64,000 nucleotides of DNA from Giardia intestinalis (Eukaryota). Shown here one piece after another: positions 21,631 through 30,100 of this stretch; within the stretch, counting starts at the first letter, position 1; the number at the start of each line of letters is the position of its first letter. Both the position numbers and the translations under genes were made by a program. The notes beneath the pieces were generated by a model. That model did no database searches. It was not told the origin of the DNA and saw nothing but the letters and a program-made list of their open reading frames with translations. The stretch lies in assembly GCA_000002435.2 (NCBI GenBank), contig CM018793.1. One strand, written 5' to 3'.

Positions 21631-23734
21631 AGGGCGGTTTACTACGTAATATGCGCGCAAGGCGGTAAGGACATTGGAGGGGAGGCAGCCTCACGACGGA
21701 GGGGAAGGGCCCGCCGGGGCGCCCAGCCCCCGTGCCCGCGTGGTCTCGCGGCGGGGCGCGGCCAGGGGGGCTTCTCCCCAGCTCCAGGGTATGCTCCTGT
21801 GCGCGGGGCGCGCGGGTCACGGCCAGGGGGGCCAGGCGCTGCAGGCTGTGTGTTAGTGGATCCGCGGAGAGGGCGGCCTGCGGTGTTAGGGCATAGCGGC
21901 ATGCAGACATACAGGCCCGAGGGAGGCGTGCCATGTGAGGGGAGTGGTAGGGGGCATCCTGGAGGATCGATGGCGAAGGTGCCGATCCTCCTCCGTGGCG
22001 GCGCAGGAGTCCTGGATGAGACGTGATGGCGTGGGTGCTTGGCCTTTGCTCGAGCGCATGGTGTGGGTGGACCGATCCCCGCATCCTCCAGGCCCTGCGG
22101 GGCGGTCTTCAGGCCCAAATTCTGGATTTTGGAAAAAATAAATCCACCATGAGCGTCGCCCGGCGCAACCAGCAGGCCCTGGGCCGCGGAAACAAGAGAC
22201 AAATAGCCCGTGGACCAAGAAGAGTGCAGGCCTGTTTGGGGGTAGAAGACGACGCGTCGGGCCAGAAACCCAGGGATCCAGGATTCCAGTCAAAGGCAGG
22301 CCTACAGACCGGCCCACTGCACCGCGCACATACGCGAGGCACCATAATGCTGTTGCACTAAAAAGGGAAGCGCGAGCCCAGAGAACCGGCGAGGAAACAG
22401 CTTGGGGGTGGAGGGGTTTGGGGAGCCCAAATTCTGGCCCATCGACACACGGGGTGAGCTGTGGCCGGCCCAAGGGGACAGCGTGGACAGGTGTGTGCAG
22501 TGCCCCATATAAGGATGCACGATGGGGATCGGCCGGGGCCACCGATTCGGGGGACAAGGGAGACGCGTCCGGACTGTCCCCGGGAGTCCGTGAGAAGGGA
22601 GGGTGCGGACCGTGCGCCATAGCTAGCCCATCCACACGTGTCGTGCTATTCCAGAATGGTGGCTCACCGGAGGCGTCTGGCCAAGATGGCGGGGGCAGCG
22701 GGGCGGTGGTCCCATACGGCCCAGGAGCCGACAGAAGGTCACGCCTGAGAGAGCAGACTGACGGCTTAGGAGGTGGTGTGGGGAGGCACGGGTGATGGAG
22801 GAGGCCCCCTAAGGGCGGGTCCAGGCTGATGACGCCAGCTCAGGACAGACCGGCAGAGCGCCGTGGAGCCATATTCTTCTGTGCGTGCCAGTCCCATCTG
22901 TGACAAGCAACCCATGTGGTGCCAGCGCTGGAGGCATGTGGCCCAGGTATGGAGCGAAACCTGGGGGCCCGGCCGGACTGTCAACAGCCGTCACCGCGAC
23001 TCAGCGGAGACCGAGCAGGAGAGGTAGAGAGGAGCAGGGGAGAATGGGCCAGGCAAACACAGGCGCATGAGGATGGCCCATTGGAGGGCAAGCACCTGGA
23101 GGCCAGGGCCAGAGTGACCAGGTTCCCTGTACCGGGGCGCCCAGAGTGGGTACATGAGGGGGGCAGTGGGGAAGCGATGCACCCGAGGGCTCAGTAGCAC
23201 ATAGCACCCGGCCATCCTCTCCAGGGGGCACCGGGGCGCTGCAGCAGAGGATGGCCCGAGCCAGGGCTGTGCCGCCCCGGACCGGAGGCGGCCACTGGCG
23301 GGCAGTTCCATGGGGGATCAGCACGGCGCGGTGCGATGGTACGAATGACACACGGGGCTAGCCTCTTCCCCCAGCACCAGCTCGCCAGACTCAGCACCCA
23401 AGGACCGCCGCTGCCCGGAGGACAGACAGACGAACACCGGGCTGCGGCGTGGGCAGATGACGAGTCCCATCGAGGAAGTGCCCAAACGTAGGCAGGGCGG
23501 GTGTCTGGCCATCCAGGGGGGCGTCCGGCCTGGCCCGGCCTGGTCGAGTGTGTATGGCATCGCGGCTAGGCATCTATCGCACCGTGTCTGGACGTGATGC
23601 ACACCCGAATGATAGGGGCAAGAGGCCTCGGGTGCGAGCGAGGAGTACCAGGGGAGACAGCTCGGCACGCAGGCCCAGGGGTCCGTTCGCGCTGTGGGGC
23701 AGCCGACAGCGGGCAGGGTGCCCAAGCATGACCA

Positions 23735-24838
23735 CTAGCGCCCCGTGTCGATGCGTTTGAAGGGGTAGAAGCCATCAGGGGCATGCGGCTTGGGAGGACC
23801 GACGCGCTTGAAGAAGGACGGCAGGGCCTTGTGCACCGGCTCGGGTGCTCCTGCATCGTCGGGGCTGTCGTCATCCAGTGGAGGCGGGAGGGGGCCCTTG
23901 AGCACATGAAGGGGTCTGGGCGTTCGTTTGCATCCGGCTGTGCGGGGTGATCGGTGCCCCAGGTGATCGAGGAGGAGACCTCAGCAGGACCCCAGGGAGG
24001 AGGACTGCCGCATCAGGATGCTGGCTGAGATCGGCCATGATCTCTACGGAGGGCGACGTGCCAGGGCTCCACATGGCAGGGGTGAGGGGAGTAGGAGGAG
24101 TAGCCCGAGCCTCGTTGGGAGCCGGTTCCGGCAGGGATACTGCAGGGGCGGGGCGGTGCACCGGCCTCTCCACTCGCAGCCCAGCGTACAGGAGGGCCGA
24201 CAGCCTGTAGTGCCAGAGGATGACCTGCGCCGCCTCCTGCATGAAGCGCGCAAGGTCCACGCCGGCGAACGCGAGTCCGGCCGCAGACAGGTGGTGCAGG
24301 ACGCCGTCAGCACCGACCACGACGGGGAGGATGTGGGCCGCCCGCCCCTGGAGCACGAGGGGGCGATACTTGGCGGCCTTCAGGGCATAGGACCGCTCCA
24401 GCCTCCACGGGACAGTGACCACCAAGTCCCCGAAGCCCCCACCGATGACAAGGTCAGGCTGGAGGTGATCCACTGGGATCGTGGGATTGCGCACAACAGA
24501 CCCAGCGCGACCGCGGGAGCACGCGAGCAGGGCGTCCAGAATCTTGTCGTGCCGCGCCACGTGAATCCCGTTAATGGCCTTGCACACCAGATGGTGCCTG
24601 GGAAGGAAGGGCTGCTTGCAGTGGCAGCACGTGCCCATCGGCCGGCCCCGCTGGTACCTCCCCGCCAAGCAGTCCCCTATGAACAGGACCTGCGTGTCCA
24701 GGGGTGCGCCCCAGCAATGCGAGCGGCAGGAAGGATCGGAGCGCGGCCGTGTCCTGCAGGCGCTTCTTCCTCAGCTCGCGGAAGACGCCCGCCTTCATGT
24801 CCTGGCGCTGCCTGTGCATCTCGTCGTAGTAGTGATGG
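23735..24838 (-). pseudogene. 5'-truncated, frameshifted R2-type ORF remnant of copy E4 (C-terminal ~365 aa; CCHC and RLE region present)
   Basis: Track ORF 23871..24668 contains CCHCKQPFLPRHH...PDLVIGGGFGDLVVTV. Small indels are present. Homology stops at 24838. Confidence 0.8.
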
Positions 24839-25004
24839 CTGCGCCGGCCGCCCCGCCCCACAGGCCCGGGCTGGAGTCAAGCTCAAAAGGGTCTTCTTGC
24901 CCCGCTGGCCGGCCCTCGCCGTTCCCGAGGCTGGAGGCTCGCGGAGGCGCGGCTCGGGACAGTGGGATCCTCGTTGGTCCATTCATGCACGTCGGAAATT
25001 GCCC

Positions 25005-25041
<37 letters not shown>

Positions 25042-26703
25042 TCCCGCCGTTTACCAGGTTCGGCGGATCGTTCACGGTGACGGTCGTGGCACTGGGCAGA
25101 AATCACGTCGCGCCAGCGCCGGGTGCGGCCCTCGCGACGCTGTGTTTCTAGTAAACAGTCGGGATCCCCGCGTCCGTTCCAGTTCTGACCCGGCGCGCCG
25201 TCAGAGCCACTCCTTTTCCGAGGTTACGGAGCCGGCTTGCCGACTTCCCTGAGCCGCGTTCGCTCCCGCGCTAGAGGCTGCTGACCCGGAGTCCTTGCTG
25301 CGGTCGGTACGTGCGCGCGGCCGGCGCCCCCGCGTTTTCAGGGGCGGGCCGGGACGCGCGGGTCCGCCCCGGCCCCCCTCTCGCGCGCAGGCGTCCGGGG
25401 GACTGCGGGGCGTTCGCGGCGCGGGCGCGCCCGCCGCGTTCCCCGATGCGCGTCCGCGCGGGGGCGGGCGTTCCCCGCGGGGTGGCCGCGTGCCGAGAGT
25501 CTTCCGCCGGCTCCCCGTTCGCGGAGCGGCACGCCCCTATCCCGGTCTCACCCGCCGCTTAGGCCCGAGTCACCCGGCGGCCAGAATGCGCGCCGCGGAA
25601 CCCGTCTCCCCCTCAGTCCTCCGGGGCGGGAGTTAGCGCGCTAGCTGCCGGCATTCTGCACCAGAGGCCGGCCGGCCGGGGCCTAGGCGCGCCGCCTCGC
25701 CCCCGGGGCCTCTGCGGCCTCCTACCCGCCGCGCGCGGCGGCCGGGCGCGAGTCCGGGGCCCGGCGCGCTCCTTTTCCGGGCCGGCCGTATCGCTGGTGG
25801 GTTGTTACACACTCTGGAGGATGCCGACTTCTGGGGCCACCTTCCAGCTGTCGGGACCGGCGACGCCGTTCCGCGGGCCCGGCGCGCACTCCTGGCCCGC
25901 CGTCCGGCTCGTCCCGCCTCGCCCGTCCTGCTTACCAGGAGGGCCACGCGCCGCCCGCATTCGCCGCCCCCCCATCCAGCGGCGGGGCGGCGCGAGCCCT
26001 TCGGATTTGCGGGCGGGGAGCGGCCCCCGCTCCCGCCGGCCAGCGCTCTACGGGCCGCAACTGCGGGGCGGCGGCTGTCCTGGGAGACATTTCGGAGGCA
26101 ACCAGCTACCAGGCGTTCGATGAGTCTTTCGCCCCATGCCCGGCTCCGACGAGCGATCTGCGCGTCAGCACCGCGGCGGCCTCCACCAGGCTTTCGCCCG
26201 GCCTCGCCTCGCCGGGCATAGATCACCGCCTTTCGGGCCCACGCGCCGCGGGCTCGGCCCGCGCACGCCCGCAGGGGCATGGCGGCCCGGCGTCTCGCGC
26301 TCGCTCCGCCCGGGGCTCCTCGGGCTCGCCGCGGCGCGGTGGCTTCTCGGTCCGTGTTTCGAGACGGGCCGGGGCCGGCGGCCGGCCGTCTCAGGCTCTT
26401 TGAGCGGCCGCAGGCGTCCTTTCCTTCGCTCGCCTACTTGGCCGCTATCGGTCCCGGGGGTATTTAGCCTGTAAGGGCCGCGCCTCCCTTCGCGCTGCAC
26501 GCTCAAGCGCTACTCGCCGCGCAGGCCCGGCGGCGCCGTTGGGGCTTGCACCCTCTCGCGGGCTCGGGCCCTCCGCGGGCCTGCGCCTGCGCCCACAGCG
26601 CGCCTTCGGGGCGGGCTCCTCCCGCGTCGCTCGCCGCTACGGGGAATCCCGGTTGGTTTCTCCTCCGGGGCGTACTGATATGCTTAAGTTCGCCCGTCGC
26701 GCC
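24839..26703 (-). rRNA. 28S (LSU) rRNA-like sequence, 5' ~1.85 kb. It is degenerate and GC-converted and lacks the expansion segments, so it is a probable pseudogene
   Basis: Reverse complement shows conserved LSU blocks in the correct order: GAACTTAAGCATATCAG..GGATTCCCCGTAGCGGCGAGCGA, CCCGTCTCGAAACACGGACCGAG, GGCGAAAGACTCATCGAACGCCTGGTAGCTGGTTGCCTCCGAAATGTCTCCCAGGACAGC, GTGTAACAACCCACC, GGGAAGTCGGCAAGCCGGCTCCGTAACCTCGG, CGACTGTTTACTAGAAACACAGC, GGTAAACGGCGGGATAACTATGACTCTCTTAAGGTAGCCAAATGCCTCG, GCATGAATGGACCAACGAGGATCCCACTGTCCC and AAGAAGACCCTTTTGAGCTTGACTCC. There are many A/T to G/C changes and deletions relative to canonical eukaryotic 28S. Confidence 0.85.
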
Positions 26704-26774
26704 CCGCCTCGGGCCCCAGCCCGGCGGGACCGCCCCGGGGCGCTCTCTGCGCGCCGGCGCGCGGCACGCGGCGG

Positions 26775-26890
26775 GCGCCGGCGGCCCGCCGGGGCGCGCT
26801 GCGTTCGAGGGTCGGTGCTTCTCGGGCGGCGGGTCGACCCGCGTCTCGCGCTCCGCGCGCTCTTCGTCGCCGCCCGGGCCGAGGCATCCG
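26775..26890 (-). pseudogene. 5.8S rRNA-like relic, shrunken to ~110 nt and flanked by vestigial ITS2 (~26704-26774) and ITS1 (~26891-26940)
   Basis: Reverse complement GGATGCCTCGGCCCGGGCGGCGACGAAGAGCGCGCGGAGCGCGAG...CCTCGAACGCAGCGCGCCCCGG aligns to 5.8S GGATCACTCGGCTCGTGCGTCGATGAAGAACGCAGCTAGCTGCGAG...CTTCGAACGCACTTGCGGCCCCGG with an AT to GC bias and a deletion. Confidence 0.6.
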
Positions 26891-26940
26891 CCGGCGGGGC
26901 GTTCGGGGCCGACCGGCCGCGGGGCGACGCGCGGGGCCGC

Positions 26941-27161
26941 GAGGGATCCATCCGCAGGTTCACCTACGGATACCTTGTTACGACTTCTCCTTCCTCCAGG
27001 CGCGGGGGCTCGCGGCCCTTCGCGCGTCCGGGGCGCTCGCCGCCGCGCCCATCGGTAGGAGCGACGGGCGGTGTGTACAAGGGGCAGGGACGCGTCCGGC
27101 GCGCGGTGGGGGCGGGCGCCTACAAGACATTCCTGGTGCGCGGGGCGTTCCAGCCCGCGGT
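26941..27161 (-). rRNA. 18S (SSU) rRNA-like 3' end, a degenerate pseudogene copy that continues into the assembly gap
   Basis: Reverse complement GGAATGTC...CCCTGCCCCTTGTACACACCGCCCGTCGCTCCTACCGATGGG...GAAGTCGTAACAAGGTATCCGTAGGTGAACCTGCGGATGGATCCCTC matches the universal SSU 3' domain (GTACACACCGCCCGTCGC; GTCGTAACAAGGTTTCCGTAGGTGAACCTGCGGAAGGATCATTA). The near-universal 3' terminus GATCATTA is mutated to GATCCCTC. Confidence 0.85.
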
Positions 27162-30100
27162 NNNNNNNNNNNNNNNNNNNNNNNNNNNNNNNNNNNNNNN
27201 NNNNNNNNNNNNNNNNNNNNNNNNNNNNNNNNNNNNNNNNNNNNNNNNNNNNNNNNNNNNNNNNNNNNNNNNNNNNNNNNNNNNNNNNNNNNNNNNNNNN
27301 NNNNNNNNNNNNNNNNNNNNNNNNNNNNNNNNNNNNNNNNNNNNNNNNNNNNNNNNNNNNNNNNNNNNNNNNNNNNNNNNNNNNNNNNNNNNNNNNNNNN
27401 NNNNNNNNNNNNNNNNNNNNNNNNNNNNNNNNNNNNNNNNNNNNNNNNNNNNNNNNNNNNNNNNNNNNNNNNNNNNNNNNNNNNNNNNNNNNNNNNNNNN
27501 NNNNNNNNNNNNNNNNNNNNNNNNNNNNNNNNNNNNNNNNNNNNNNNNNNNNNNNNNNNNNNNNNNNNNNNNNNNNNNNNNNNNNNNNNNNNNNNNNNNN
27601 NNNNNNNNNNNNNNNNNNNNNNNNNNNNNNNNNNNNNNNNNNNNNNNNNNNNNNNNNNNNNNNNNNNNNNNNNNNNNNNNNNNNNNNNNNNNNNNNNNNN
27701 NNNNNNNNNNNNNNNNNNNNNNNNNNNNNNNNNNNNNNNNNNNNNNNNNNNNNNNNNNNNNNNNNNNNNNNNNNNNNNNNNNNNNNNNNNNNNNNNNNNN
27801 NNNNNNNNNNNNNNNNNNNNNNNNNNNNNNNNNNNNNNNNNNNNNNNNNNNNNNNNNNNNNNNNNNNNNNNNNNNNNNNNNNNNNNNNNNNNNNNNNNNN
27901 NNNNNNNNNNNNNNNNNNNNNNNNNNNNNNNNNNNNNNNNNNNNNNNNNNNNNNNNNNNNNNNNNNNNNNNNNNNNNNNNNNNNNNNNNNNNNNNNNNNN
28001 NNNNNNNNNNNNNNNNNNNNNNNNNNNNNNNNNNNNNNNNNNNNNNNNNNNNNNNNNNNNNNNNNNNNNNNNNNNNNNNNNNNNNNNNNNNNNNNNNNNN
28101 NNNNNNNNNNNNNNNNNNNNNNNNNNNNNNNNNNNNNNNNNNNNNNNNNNNNNNNNNNNNNNNNNNNNNNNNNNNNNNNNNNNNNNNNNNNNNNNNNNNN
28201 NNNNNNNNNNNNNNNNNNNNNNNNNNNNNNNNNNNNNNNNNNNNNNNNNNNNNNNNNNNNNNNNNNNNNNNNNNNNNNNNNNNNNNNNNNNNNNNNNNNN
28301 NNNNNNNNNNNNNNNNNNNNNNNNNNNNNNNNNNNNNNNNNNNNNNNNNNNNNNNNNNNNNNNNNNNNNNNNNNNNNNNNNNNNNNNNNNNNNNNNNNNN
28401 NNNNNNNNNNNNNNNNNNNNNNNNNNNNNNNNNNNNNNNNNNNNNNNNNNNNNNNNNNNNNNNNNNNNNNNNNNNNNNNNNNNNNNNNNNNNNNNNNNNN
28501 NNNNNNNNNNNNNNNNNNNNNNNNNNNNNNNNNNNNNNNNNNNNNNNNNNNNNNNNNNNNNNNNNNNNNNNNNNNNNNNNNNNNNNNNNNNNNNNNNNNN
28601 NNNNNNNNNNNNNNNNNNNNNNNNNNNNNNNNNNNNNNNNNNNNNNNNNNNNNNNNNNNNNNNNNNNNNNNNNNNNNNNNNNNNNNNNNNNNNNNNNNNN
28701 NNNNNNNNNNNNNNNNNNNNNNNNNNNNNNNNNNNNNNNNNNNNNNNNNNNNNNNNNNNNNNNNNNNNNNNNNNNNNNNNNNNNNNNNNNNNNNNNNNNN
28801 NNNNNNNNNNNNNNNNNNNNNNNNNNNNNNNNNNNNNNNNNNNNNNNNNNNNNNNNNNNNNNNNNNNNNNNNNNNNNNNNNNNNNNNNNNNNNNNNNNNN
28901 NNNNNNNNNNNNNNNNNNNNNNNNNNNNNNNNNNNNNNNNNNNNNNNNNNNNNNNNNNNNNNNNNNNNNNNNNNNNNNNNNNNNNNNNNNNNNNNNNNNN
29001 NNNNNNNNNNNNNNNNNNNNNNNNNNNNNNNNNNNNNNNNNNNNNNNNNNNNNNNNNNNNNNNNNNNNNNNNNNNNNNNNNNNNNNNNNNNNNNNNNNNN
29101 NNNNNNNNNNNNNNNNNNNNNNNNNNNNNNNNNNNNNNNNNNNNNNNNNNNNNNNNNNNNNNNNNNNNNNNNNNNNNNNNNNNNNNNNNNNNNNNNNNNN
29201 NNNNNNNNNNNNNNNNNNNNNNNNNNNNNNNNNNNNNNNNNNNNNNNNNNNNNNNNNNNNNNNNNNNNNNNNNNNNNNNNNNNNNNNNNNNNNNNNNNNN
29301 NNNNNNNNNNNNNNNNNNNNNNNNNNNNNNNNNNNNNNNNNNNNNNNNNNNNNNNNNNNNNNNNNNNNNNNNNNNNNNNNNNNNNNNNNNNNNNNNNNNN
29401 NNNNNNNNNNNNNNNNNNNNNNNNNNNNNNNNNNNNNNNNNNNNNNNNNNNNNNNNNNNNNNNNNNNNNNNNNNNNNNNNNNNNNNNNNNNNNNNNNNNN
29501 NNNNNNNNNNNNNNNNNNNNNNNNNNNNNNNNNNNNNNNNNNNNNNNNNNNNNNNNNNNNNNNNNNNNNNNNNNNNNNNNNNNNNNNNNNNNNNNNNNNN
29601 NNNNNNNNNNNNNNNNNNNNNNNNNNNNNNNNNNNNNNNNNNNNNNNNNNNNNNNNNNNNNNNNNNNNNNNNNNNNNNNNNNNNNNNNNNNNNNNNNNNN
29701 NNNNNNNNNNNNNNNNNNNNNNNNNNNNNNNNNNNNNNNNNNNNNNNNNNNNNNNNNNNNNNNNNNNNNNNNNNNNNNNNNNNNNNNNNNNNNNNNNNNN
29801 NNNNNNNNNNNNNNNNNNNNNNNNNNNNNNNNNNNNNNNNNNNNNNNNNNNNNNNNNNNNNNNNNNNNNNNNNNNNNNNNNNNNNNNNNNNNNNNNNNNN
29901 NNNNNNNNNNNNNNNNNNNNNNNNNNNNNNNNNNNNNNNNNNNNNNNNNNNNNNNNNNNNNNNNNNNNNNNNNNNNNNNNNNNNNNNNNNNNNNNNNNNN
30001 NNNNNNNNNNNNNNNNNNNNNNNNNNNNNNNNNNNNNNNNNNNNNNNNNNNNNNNNNNNNNNNNNNNNNNNNNNNNNNNNNNNNNNNNNNNNNNNNNNNN

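Larger units (their letters stand above)
1..24838 (-). repeat. Head-to-tail tandem array of a ~5474-bp retrotransposon unit (about 4.5 copies, E0-E4)
   Basis: Six-frame ORFs recur with offsets of 5474/5475 bp (e.g. 2178, 7652, 13127). The poly(T) tracts at 5290, 10764, 16238 and 21616 sit at the same phase of each unit. Copies E1 and E2 are near-identical. Confidence 0.95.
21616..24838 (-). mobile_element. R2-like non-LTR retrotransposon, copy E4, 5'-truncated at the junction with 28S-like sequence
   Basis: Poly(T) 15-mer at 21616-30. The 3' region and the C-terminal two-thirds of the ORF are present. Homology to the element ends at 24838 (ORF residues ...HHYYDEMHRQ), after which 28S-like sequence begins. 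Confidence 0.85.

Noticed and set aside
1-24838. Regularly spaced repeats as a CRISPR array, or an LTR retrotransposon
   Set aside because: The repeat unit is 5.5 kb and is itself the coding element. There are no short repeat/spacer units, and no LTRs or TSDs. Poly(A) tails and the RT type indicate a non-LTR element.
25633-27058. ORFs of 100-215 aa on both strands inside the rDNA-like block (e.g. 25633-26280 minus, 26546-27058 plus)
   Set aside because: They lie within recognisable 28S, 5.8S and 18S-like sequence of >75% GC and are spurious open frames.
24839-27161. A functional rRNA gene cluster that the element targets
   Set aside because: The 18S 3' terminus, 5.8S and 28S core all carry substitutions and deletions at universally conserved positions and the ITS regions are vestigial. 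It is annotated as an rDNA pseudogene rather than a functional unit.
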